A stretch of 64,000 nt of DNA, from the NCBI GenBank assembly GCA_964036045.1, contig OZ038379.1:35278001-35342000 (forward strand), given 5' to 3'. Within the stretch, counting starts at the first letter, position 1. Each line of letters starts with the position of its first letter. Shown here piece after piece: positions 12,351-23,190 of the stretch. The position numbers and the translations under genes are program-made. The notes beneath the pieces are model-generated. The model had not been told where the DNA came from and made no database searches. It worked only from the letters and a program-made list of their open reading frames with translations. This DNA comes from Eutreptiella sp. 'Long Island Sound 2002' (lineage: Eukaryota; Protista; Euglenida).

Positions 12351-13949
12351 GGTTCGAGACTAACCGGCACTGTGGGAGGGTGGTGGGTGCGAGCTGACCC
12401 AAATGTACAGATGGCCAAGGCCAAAGCACAATCAGCAGCCACCTGGAGTGGTACAAAACTAGTCTGCGTTGCAGTGCAGCAAGGCAAAAACACTGAACTG
12501 TGTGGTGATGACCATGCGCCTGTGACACGGGGGCGTATGCGAGCCTAATATCCGTTGACTCATGGCCCTTCCTATTCCATCCCCATTCTTTTGTTAATTC
12601 TGTGTCTGGGGGGCCTCATGCGGTCAATGAGTGCCACAGCCAATGATGGGGCTTGGGATTGGACCAGGCTGAAGGATGAGAGCTCCTTGGTGAAGTCAAG
12701 GACGTGGGCGCACCTCATACAAACACCATGGATGGCCCGCACGGTCCCCCGACAACACAGAATTGAGGTACTCATGGCCGGCGTGGCCGGCTGGAGCCTA
12801 GAGGGCAGGTCCTGGGGCCCTTCCAATATGGCCGGGGCCTTCCACGAAGCCCGGGAGATCTCTTTCTAGTTGACGGATCCCCAGAAGTATATGGACGCCC
12901 TGCTGTATGGCCTTACGATTGCCTGGGGCACGGAGGTCACTTCCTCCAATCGTACCCCGGACGCTGCGGCCGTTAGCTTTGCCATTTGCGACGTGGTCTC
13001 AACGGAACCGGCTAGGCTTGGCGGGCAGGAATACGCCTGTGCTCACCAAGGATCGAAAACGACCCCCAAAAAGAAGCCTACGGCAGATAGCGGGTCTAGC
13101 ATGGCCCTGGATGAAGACCACAAAGGAGACCATGGCACAGCAGGTAATGCCACATGCCCCGGGTCAGAGGAAGTAGGAGATGATGATGAGGGCCAGCCGG
13201 AAATGACCCAAAAGAAGCCCAACTATAAGAACGCTCCGTGGCTGCGAAAAAGACCAAGCATGCCGCGGTGGACACAACAGCTCTACCAAATTTTGGAGGG
13301 CCCGTTGGAGGCAGACTAAACCGAAATGGAAACGGACATCTGGTCAGTTGTCGAGGACATCTAGAAGATGGTGCTGGAGTGCGACAAGTCGGGGAAAGAC
13401 GCATTAAAGACGAAGATAAACGATAAATGATCAAGCATAAGAAGAAGCAAAGACACAAGGAGAAGAAGCAACGAAAAAAGGAACGATGCAGAGGAAAGAA
13501 GGCACGCAAGTCCTCAAAGAGGCGCCGGGGGCGGCGAAGCTCATCCGACTCGGACTCCTCTTCGTCGCGCAGCAGCAGCAGCAGCAGTGACTCCGACTCT
13601 TCGTCGTTTGGGAGCTCCAGCTGGTCACGAAAACAGTCCAAGTATAAAAAAGGACAAGGTGGGCAGCGAAGCGCAAATCAACTGGAGTTTAAGTGGATTC
13701 CGTAAAGAGGCATTTCAAAGAGGCATGGTCGGATAGGGCAGAGCACCCACCGGCAGACTGGCCCTGGGCAAACTGGCCCTGGGCGGCGGTGCGCTACCAG
13801 TTCGAGGACGCGATGGTTTCGGGGTATGGGACGACCTTCGCCACCACCACTCTCAAAGGATGGCAGTAGGATTCAGTGGAGGGCGGCAAGTCAAGAGACT
13901 GGCCAGGATTGAGAGGATGCGCCTGGGGGATGGCCTAAGAGCTATTCTG

Positions 13950-14620
13950 GAGAGCAGCTGCAAGTGGTACAACACGATCAGTCCGAGTCTGTGAAAGTCA
14001 TTCTGTCAGCAGCGGGCTGGTGGAAAAAACGGGGTGGCTGGCCCTTGTTGTGCGGCCGTCCGACTGGTACCTAGTCTAGAGGGTGGAGGTGCACCGATCC
14101 AAGGAAGAGGGTGCCACTACCAAAGAATGGGCACAAATCGACGATCTCATCAAGCTGTGTGAGGTTGCAAGGAGCTTCTTGGAGTGGGAGGCCATTGCCC
14201 TTGCCTGCCTTTCAGTGGGACACTGCGTGCGGAGATCCGAGGCTTGGGGTCTAGTGGGCCAAGGGGGGGGAGGGGGTCAAAATTTTTGAGGTAAAGTCCA
14301 GGAGGGAGGAGCAGCAACGAGAGCTGGGGCCCTGGGGGCGGGAGTGGTTGCAGTTTCTGGTCAAACTTAGGACTCTTAAAGGGTTCCACCCTGACAGAGG
14401 TGCGTGGCATGGCTCGGGGGAAGCATTGGGCAAGACCTTGGTTGAAATCCTCGAGAAAGGGGAAGGAAAAAAGGCGGCCCAGTGGCACGCGTTCTGCCGC
14501 CTGGGTGCGGCATAGCTCAAGCACATGGGAGCCCCCCTGCCAATGATATTGTTATGGCGGGGCTGGAAAAGCCCGCACGTCGGCGTATGTACACCAAGCC
14601 CCCCCCCCCCTAGATGGAAG
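13950..14620 (+). pseudogene. Tyrosine recombinase (YR) domain, frameshifted
   Basis: GHCVRRSEA (catalytic R at about 14230), WHAFCRLGAA (HxxR box; TGC plausibly a CpG-decayed CGC), LWRGWKS, and MYTK (Tyr at 14590) after a frameshift. Confidence 0.8.
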
Positions 14621-14717
14621 TTTATACGGCACCGATAGATTCTGTGGCCACAGTGGGGGAGGGGGGGGACTGCAGAGAGCTAGGCTACAAGGTCAAAGAT
14701 GGCAGTACACTCGGCTT

Positions 14718-15660
14718 ATGGCTGTTGTGGGCCCGGATGGAAATTTCGTATGCCCAAAGCGAAAGTGCACGACATCCTGGGGCTTGAGCTGCGGCAGACA
14801 AAGGCAGCGAACGGAAACGTGGAAGAAGCGCCTCCCCAGCACCCCAAGGGGGCTGGGGGAAGTGTTCCTTCGTTTGGCGGGGGAAATGGGAGCCCCCTCC
14901 ACCACAGAAATCCTTCTCCACGGGGGGCGGGGGCGAATGCTCCAATCAGCATTCTGTAAGTCAAGCTTGACGATGATTATTCTCCCCCCCCCCCACGGGG
15001 TCTTGTTCCTCCTGGCATCACCCATCCACCTTCTGATTTCCTCCAACGCCAAATCTCGGGGGCCTCCGCGGGTCACTATCATTAACGTCTCGGGCATCTA
15101 AAATAGCCCTGCACTTCAAGGCATTCTTGTATGTCAAAAACATGTGGGCAGTGGGGGGGGGGGGGGCAGAGGTCTTATGCAGACCTCCTGTGGTCACTCT
15201 TAGGGACTTCAGCATATCGTCAACAGGCCCCCGCCGCCTGGAGGCACGTCTGCCGTCCTTGCTTGACCTCCGCTCTCGCAGTCTTTTATCCACCCTGAGG
15301 AGGTCCTTCGGCACAAGTTTGTTCCAGATGGAGTCTGCCACCACCACCCGGCCTGCTTCCCCCACCCCCCTCTTCGCGATCTCCGCTGTTACGGTGCCCT
15401 CATCTTCGTTACTACTATAGTAGCAATCGTCCTCTTCTTCGGTGTCGCCACCATCCTTCACACTGGTGAGCACACTGGTGAGCACGTGTAGGCCCGCTTC
15501 GCCACCCTCTAGGTTAAGCAAAAGATACCGCTATGCACGCCTTCCGTTCGGGTGGAGTTACAGCCCGGCGATATGCCAGCGCCGTGTAACGGCTGTGATA
15601 TGTAGGGTGCTCTCCGTGGAATGTGGCCATCTTCTCTGTTTTGTAGTGCTCAGGGGGTAG
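14718..15660. pseudogene. DIRS/VIPER-type reverse transcriptase with an inverted middle segment (14896-15511)
   Basis: RT motifs 1-3 read on the minus strand and the LPFG motif on the plus strand. Reverse-complementing 14896-15511 rejoins both junctions in frame. No YxDD was found; the element is truncated at about 15620. Confidence 0.75.
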
Positions 15661-17156
15661 CGTTGGGGTAGGCAGAACCTCACATCATGGCCTCCTTTTT
15701 CTCCTCCTTGTTCTAGGGACCCCAATATTGCCGGAGACATGCAGCCTCTTTTTCTCTTGCTCATTCGTGGTATTGATGTTTGCTTCGGAATATCTGACAC
15801 AGTAGTGTGCATGTATGCTTTACATTAGTGGGTGCGCATTTTCTTGCACTGTACACATTGTGCATTGGAGGCACGGCCGTTATCCCCCTTATGGACCATG
15901 GGAACATGTTCCCTATCATGGGTGGACCAATGCAGATGCTTCCAACACAAGATGCAACATAAGATGGAGGTGGGGATGAGGTTTATGTGTATGCTTTGTG
16001 CTATCAAAACCACGCTACCACACTTTGTGGTGAATGCAAAGAAAACTATTGTGTGCAGCAAATTGACTGGCACACTTGTGGGGAAAAACATTTGTCCTGG
16101 TCTCTTTGGGGTTTGGCCAGGGGAAGGTAAACCTCGCACTAAAGTGTACAGGATACTTGCCTAAAATTAGTGAGCAAGACCAACATACCCCTTCGATTCA
16201 GCAATGTGGTGTGGATTGAGTGATTCTGGCAAATTTCCTCAGTTGCTTTGTCGGCTGGTGAACTATCTATTGGCTTGTCATGAGTAGAATGGGTGGCAGG
16301 CACACTATCCTTCTGATGGTCTATCCTTCCGTTGGTGGCAAGTGTGGTCCAAATCCTTGGATAATAGCCTGGAACTGAACACTGAGATCCCAGTGGGAAT
16401 TCCTATGCAAATACTTTGTCATTTGATTCCTCAAGTACAAACCTCAGGACCATACCTCACAGAAATATAGCCTAAATGTGCACCCAAACCACTGCAGGGC
16501 CATAAATTGTTGGTGCCAGGCACTGGATTTGGGCTGTTCCTGTTGGCATGCCAACAAATGGCAATGTGGATAATCCCGCTTCAAACTCTGTTCCATGTTT
16601 CCCCCACATCGTTTTTCGCATCTGGTAACCCCCTCTTAAGGCACCCAAATTCCCTGAGCCAAGCATGGATCATTCAGTGGGAGAATGAGGGGAAAGAAGC
16701 AAGGGGTACCCATGCTACTGCAAGGCTGACAACGGGGCTGGGGGTGGGTTGCACACAAGGTGTGCACGGCTGGGTCGCTTTCCAAAACCCCTCAAGGCGG
16801 GCACAACCGTCGGCATGCCATGTGTCCCACCACTTACTCACTGTGCAGGTTCTGGGGTGATGACCTGAATTGCAGCCTCTGAACGCTTCAACAAAATAGG
16901 TCGAAAAAGGGCCGTACTGAGTACCCTACTGAGTTGTTGCACTGGTTGTAGCTGTGTTTTACTGAGTTCTGGGTGTGAGAGGGGCAGGTACTACTGAGTG
17001 TTACATGGCACTTTGCTGATTCCGATTGACTCCCAGTGGCCATGCTGGATCCTTGCAGCAAGTCTGATCTAGATGTGTATCCACGCGCCTGTGCAGAGGT
17101 GTGCACGAGTAATAAGCGCTGAGACCCTTCATGGCGTCATTTCCCCGGCTGTGCAG

Positions 17157-17432
17157 ATGATGTCAGCGGCATGCGGCCGTGGGCTGATCCATGTGTGCAC
17201 CCATGCACCGCCGATTGCTCAAGCCCCATGCGCCCGCGCTACCCCTTCTCTGTGCCGCCATGGGGTGGCGCATATGGCTGGCTTTGACACATTTACAGGC
17301 GGGGACCTGGTCTTTGAAGTAGATACCAACCGCATCAAATTCGGCCCTGGGGCTCTGCGTGAAGTGGGCAATGCTGCAAAGCACATCTTTGAGTTGAAGC
17401 GTGTGGCTCTGATGACAGACAAGTGCATCAAG
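17157..17432 (+). CDS. ADHFE1: Hydroxyacid-oxoacid transhydrogenase (HOT/ADHFE1-like, iron-containing ADH family), exon 1
   Basis: LVFEVDTNRIKFGPGALREVG...VALMTDKCIK matches the HOT N-terminus (human YAFEMAVSNIRYG...VCLMTDKNLSK). The start is ATG 17157 (with a presequence-like extension) or ATG 17274. Confidence 0.8.
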
Positions 17433-18390
17433 GATAGTCCCTGACCCCATCCACTGTGCCTTAGCCCCCATGCCCTCCCTCATCCCAGTGCTTAGTTTCC
17501 CCTAGGACAGAAGGACGGACCGCTACAGTGTGGTGGTGGTAGTGATGCAAATGCACCTGTCACAGCGTCGGACGCGCCAGACGGAGCATCCACAGCAAAA
17601 ACCCCCACAGGAATGTGGTCTCTGCCCACCCAATCATCCCCTCCCCTCCCCCTTCGCGTGCCCCTTTGTTCCCCTCTGTCCCTGCGCTGCATGCACACCT
17701 GCTAAGACATACCACAAGACCCCAGTTGCCACCCAGCACAATGGTTTCCAGCACCGCAGTACTTTGTTGGCAACGATCATGGTGTTCCTTACGATGGCGT
17801 GCACGCTGTTGGGCATGAAATGGGCCACCAAAGCTGCGGGAGAAAATGTGTGGGCCCTGAAAAAAAAACCTTTAGACCAAATTTTCACTGCAGTACGCAT
17901 CTCAACAGAATCAGGCTCTTGCGTTGATTCTGTTGAGATGCACAAGTATTTTTGAGGTACATGCATGGGGTCTCCCGCAGCTCCCTCCCGCCCCCCTTCT
18001 TCCCTTCCTGACAACAGCCTAAGAGCACCCCCCCCACACACACAAGTTTGAGCAGAGATTGTCATGAGATCATCCCCCCCCCCCCCGGGTGACACAAAAA
18101 GCACCACACCACCCCATCCTCCTCGACATGTTGTCGAACCAGCCTTTACAGGATGCCCACCCCAATTACCACCCCCCCCCCCCCCTGAAATCCCCCCCCG
18201 CTGGCGGGGGGGGGGATACCGTCACTTCACTGTTTTGCTAGGCAATATCTCTTGCAGTGGTTTGTGTTCCCCCCCACCCCTCCCCTTTGGGGAATTGGGA
18301 GGCCGGTTTGGGTCCGGATCCCAAGCTGCGGGGCCGGTGGAGGGGGCAAACACGCCCCCCGTGATGGCGGTACCTCCCTGTTCCCATCAG

Positions 18391-18994
18391 GACCTTCCCT
18401 TCTTCAACACCGTCTACACGTCCCTTATGTCAGAAGGCCTGGACGTCATCGTGTACGATGAGACGCTGGTGGAGCCCACTGACCGAAGCTTTAAGCATGC
18501 CATACAATTTGCCAAAGACACGAATGTCGATGGGTTTGTCAGTGTGGGTGGCGGGTCGGTCATGGACACCGCCAAGGCTGCCAACCTCTACTCCACGTAC
18601 CCAACAGACGACTTCCTCGACTATGTCAACGCCCCGGTCGGCAAGGGCCAGCAGCTCGGGCATGGGCAGGTGCTGAAGCCCCACATCGCTTGCCCCACCA
18701 CCGCTGGCACCGGAAGTGAAGTCACCGGAATGGCTATCTTTGACCTCCTGGAGGCCCACGCCAAGACAGGAATTGCGATGCGCGCGCTCCGTCCGTCGAT
18801 GGCCGTCATTGACCCGGTGACAACAGAGACAATGCCGGCGTCAGTCACTGCCTGCTCCGGCTTCGACGTCCTGTCACATGCAATCGAATCGTACACTGCG
18901 CTACCGCACACCCGCCGGATGCCTCCCCAGCAGCCGCATCTGCGTCCGCTGTCGCAAGGAAGCAACCCGTGGGCGGACATTGGGTGCATCGAGG
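18391..18994 (+). CDS. ADHFE1: HOT/ADHFE1-like, exon 2
   Basis: [42 protein letters not shown] and [13 protein letters not shown]. Acceptor ttcccatcag|GAC; donor GAG G|gtgtgt. Confidence 0.95.
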
Positions 18995-19818
18995 GTGTGT
19001 GGGTGTTGTCGTTGCGAGCGCTTGCGCGTACTCTATCGTGTTCCCGGCCACGAAGCCTGGTTGTATCTGCAAACCCACTTGCATCGCCTCTGAACAATTC
19101 ATTGAAGGGAATCATCGCAAACCGAAACAGCAAGAGTTTGAGGATATGAACACACGCCAGGGGGCACCCCATTCGATGAAGGGGGTGGGGCCCCTCCCGG
19201 CTTCCGTCCTTTATGGCAGCCCTCTGCACCTCAGCACCTCACAAAAAAGGGGACACGAGGAGCGAGGGAGCGTTGCATCTCGTGCCTGTGATACCCCTTC
19301 ATGAAAGGGAGTTTTGATGGAGGGCAAGGGCACACAATTGTTGGCGTTGGGGCACCCCGTCCCGTACCATGACATCCGCAACGGGGCTCTCTTGACGAGT
19401 GACGAGGGACCTAGATAGGGCGGGGGATAGGACGGCCCCACTGATCATCAAGTTGGGTCCAGGCCCCTGGGCCCAGATTTCGCGCTGGTGGTCTTGTGCC
19501 CCGCGCTGCATCTTCACTCTGTTTTCGGGAGTGGACGTCCCTCCGTGTGGCTGTGCCACACAGCACGGCCCTGGTTGAGAAAGGGCCACGGGGGGCGCTC
19601 CTGGTCGGGACCCGACCCCAAAGGGGGAGGGGGGACCCCCCCCCCCTCTACGGACCCCAAAATTGTCGCACGGAACAATGTGCTTTGTCGGCGCCAGAGG
19701 CGCCGCAGATTTTGTTTTAGGCATACGGCAGGGGGAATTTTTCTTGTTCGACCCTACATGTACTCAAAATACTCAGAATTTCGTGGAGAATTCAAAAATG
19801 GCTGAAAAGCACAAAAAA

Positions 19819-20007
19819 GGTTATGTAGCCACCTTGCCCACAAGTGGGCCACTTCTGATTCTGCCCCCCGCTCTGAAGCGGTGGGGATCCCTGAGGCGGC
19901 AGGGGTTATGTAGCCACCTTGCCCACAAGTGGGCCACTTCTGATTCTGCCCCCCGCTATGAAGCGGTGGGGATCCCCCAGGCGGCAGGGGTTATGTAGCC
20001 ACCTTGC
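19819..20007. repeat. 85-bp tandem repeat, 2.2 copies, inside HOT intron 2
   Basis: GGTTATGTAGCCACCTTGC recurs at 19819, 19904 and 19989 with near-identical intervening sequence. Confidence 0.9.
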
Positions 20008-21589
20008 GTCTTGTTAGCTTTGTGTGTTTGCGCGCTTGGACGGGGCCTGACGGAAAAGGTGCTGGGTTTGGGTCAACGAAGGGGGGGGGGGTTCCCCCCC
20101 CCCCTTCGGAGGGGGGTGGGGTCCCCCCCCCCCCCCACAGCCCCCCAAACTGTCGAACACCCCTCGGGGTCACACATTGGCTGGCGGCCGCCCCCGTGGA
20201 AAGGGCATGTGGGCACGCCAACAGTCTGTTGGCGCACGGAAGGGGGGACGGTCTGGAGCAGTTGGCGCGCGAGGGGGGCTTGGGGGCAGTCGCGATCTGT
20301 ATCCAGTCATGCCCGTGCGGGTGCAGTTGCAGGGCAAAGATGTTTGGGATGGCCCCGAGGGGCTGGGGTGGGCGGGTGCCAATAGACTTTGTGCCAGTGC
20401 CCACAGACTTGTAGTGCGCCATGGTACCGAAACACGTGACAAGGGGAGGTGGTTCAACATTCTCCCGCCACGTCTGGCAGCACGTCGTGGCAGAATGGGT
20501 TGTGCTGCTCTCAGCACATCGAGCCCCTGCAGGTACAAGGTGCGACATGCTGGGGTCGGCAACACTATCAATTGTGGCCTCCATCCCCTTTCCCAGGCCT
20601 GGCATTTGGGAACGAAAAGGTTGTCTCCCACAGCCCTTGGGTTGGCCGCGACAAAACATTGCACAACCACCAGCTACTTTCAATTGACCTGTGCTCCAAA
20701 CGGTGCCATTGGATCTCTCCTGACAAAAGCCCAAATGGTGTCGGACTCGGAGTAGGCCTGAGAATGTGGCTTCCTGCCAACAATATGCCATGTTCCCATT
20801 CCCACGGCGCAAACTGCGGGGATTGGTAACGACACAAAGACAAGGTCACACACAAAAGACCATGGACACAGATTCTGAGATACACCGCCTGACCCCACAC
20901 GAATACACTGCATGCTCCTCTGTGAATACACCGCGTGACCCGACAGGAACACATTGCATGGCCATTCATGAATACACCGCATCACCTGAAAGGTCTCAAG
21001 CACGTCAGTCATTCCCTGAGCATGTTCCGTTCATCAAGGCATCGTCACACATCCCACAGGAGGGAGGGTAGGCCTTGCCCTCATGTCGGTTGCTGTTTTC
21101 GCTGCCTCCATTAGTGCCACCTTGTCCAGGCTGCCGCCTTTTTTGGCACAGAGAGCGTTTCGGTATCAATTTTTATGTCACCATCAAAGGCCATTTTGTT
21201 TTTTCTGGAGCTTGGCTCATTGTAAGCGGTCGTTTTGGGATCATTTGCGGTTGTTTGGGCTTGGTTGGTTCTCCACCCATTTCCGAGGCATATCATCACA
21301 AAGATTAAGCATTAAGAGTAATGAAGATGTCCCTTTGATCATTCTGTGGGTTTTGCCACACCTGGTCTCAGCTGCAATGCCTGAGGCACCGTAATTTTTT
21401 CCTACCCGGGTGTGCCTTGGACGGGGGGGGGGGGGAGGATCGTCTTTTTGACATGGCAAAAGGTGCAACTTTGGTGAAGCCTCAAATTCTGTCTGGGCCA
21501 CCACTTGTACTCCCCTGCTCTCGTCACAGTCTGGCTTCATTTGAGCCACTGGGGTTCTGTTTGGCACCCTCTCCAAGGGCCAGAATTTC

Positions 21590-21800
21590 CCACTCCCAGA
21601 AGTTCACCGTAAGACTTTTTGGAAATGGGCAAACTTAGAAAAAATGGGGGAAAGTGGGTTCTGTGGAAAAGGCTGTGGAAAATTGGTGAGAAGCCACGAA
21701 ATGGTGGTTTCAGTGGGTGGTAAGGCACAGGGGCTGGGAATGATGGGCTGTGACCTCCAGAAAACAAGGGGTAATTGGGGGTAGATGGAGGAACATTTGG
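21590..21800 (+). repeat. Dispersed (AAAATGGGG)-rich repeat family; relatives at about 22490-22540, 42620-42700, 45545-45800 and 50070-50205
   Basis: Shared GAAATGGGC..TTAG.AAAAATGGGG (21620s vs 45600s). GGCCTCAGAAATACCCG occurs at 45550 on plus and at about 50176-50192 on minus. Confidence 0.6.
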
Positions 21801-22609
21801 GGAGATGATCAGTACCCCCCTCCCCCCGTGTCCAATGCACACTGCGTCCAACAAACACTTCCTTTCGGACCGTATTTTTTGAGGACCAAATTAATTTGGT
21901 TCTGACTTAGGTACCGGGCTCCAGAACCGCAGTTTCAGGCTACAGGTTTGGGGAAATGAGCGGCTGTAGTGATGTATCTGGCAGTAATGGTGGGCAAATT
22001 TGTAAAGCAGGTTGTGAGGGAATGGTGTCCCTCAACTGCAGGACCTCTATTGCCATGACTGATTCTCTGCTTGCACTGGCCGGGAGGTGCTATGCAAGCG
22101 GTACCACCACTTCTGCCCGTGCCAAGAACAAGAAAGACCCCAAGCCCGGAGCATGTCCAACTTTTCCGCATGAAGCGGGACCACAACAAGGGCTTCTACT
22201 CTGAAAAGTGTTAATTGGAGGCCTCCATCGCATTGTGCTTTGAATGGGCTGAGTAACTTGTGCCAAGGGATGTGTTACCGCCGTTTCACAATATGGTCGC
22301 GTGCACCGAACGGTGTGTCCAATAGACACTCCTGTTCTCACCGTATTTTTTAATGACAAAATTGTCCCTTTAACAAGGGGGGGGGGGGTAACAGGGAACA
22401 CATGGGTCTGTTTCCGTAGTGGGCACCCCCTGCAACATCCCCCCCCCCGGTACATGAATGGATGCCAGGGACCGGGTGCAACACCTCTTTCCCAGGTCCC
22501 CCCCCTACTTTTCCTCCATTCCCCCCATTTCCCCTCATGTTCCCTTGGGAATGTGATCGGGAAACCCATCACCCGCCGGGTGGGCAAGGGCTGCTCCTTT
22601 GCCTCTCAG

Positions 22610-23190
22610 CACTGAAGCTCATCGGCAAGTACATGGAGCGGGCTGTCAAAGATGCGTCAGACACAGAGGCCCGGCACCAGATGATGTTCGCGGCGCTCCT
22701 CGCCGGCATCTCCTTTGGTAACAGCGGCGTTCATCTGCCCCACAGTATGGCCTATTCTGTGGCGGGTCTCGTCCCCAGCGGATTCTGCCCCGGCGGCTAC
22801 AGCCCCCCGACCGGCTCCAAGTGGGAGGAAGGCCATTTACGTGGCCTCGTGCCACACGGAATGAGCGTCATCGTCAACGCTCCGTCCTGCTTCCGCTTCA
22901 CTGCGCCGACCTCTCCGGAAAGGCACTTGGCTGCAGCCCGAGCCCTTGGGGGCGATACGCGGATGGCCTGGAACGATGACGCTGCGGAGGCCCTTGCAGA
23001 GACGCTTGTTGCGCTCATGAAGACGTGCGATATGCCGAACGGGCTCAGTGACATTGGGTACATGGCGCAGGACGTGCCCGACCTGGTCAAGGGTGCGTGG
23101 CCCCAGCAGCGGCTGATCAAGAACGCGCCTGTGGACGTTACGGAAGGCGACATTCGGCACATGTTTGAGGGTGCTCTCAGCTACTGGTGA
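22610..23190 (+). CDS. ADHFE1: HOT/ADHFE1-like, exon 3 (terminal)
   Basis: Acceptor ctcctttgcctctcag|CA restores CIE-A-LKLIGKY (phase 1). Motifs AGISFGNSGVHLPHSMAY, VPHGMSV, PNGLSDIGY and PQQRLIKNAP, then stop TGA. The spliced product is about 486 aa from ATG 17157. Confidence 0.95.

Larger units (their letters stand above)
12555..15660 (+). mobile_element. Tyrosine-recombinase retrotransposon remnant (ORF1 - YR - RT order), 3'-truncated, RT internally inverted
   Basis: ORF1-like 12555-13705 has one internal TAG and a Lys/Arg/Ser-rich tail. YR motifs follow at 14.2-14.6 kb. DIRS-type RT motifs FLTYKNALKCRAILDARDVN and KLDLQNADWSI lie on the minus strand, and RYRYARLPFGWSYSP lies on the plus strand. 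Confidence 0.8.

Noticed and set aside
17423-17428. GTGCAT as the HOT intron 1 donor
   Set aside because: Splicing it to 18391 shifts the frame and deletes the aligned CIK residues.
19819-20007. CRISPR-like triple 19-bp repeat
   Set aside because: The spacers are near-identical, there are no cas genes and the context is a eukaryotic intron. It is a tandem repeat.
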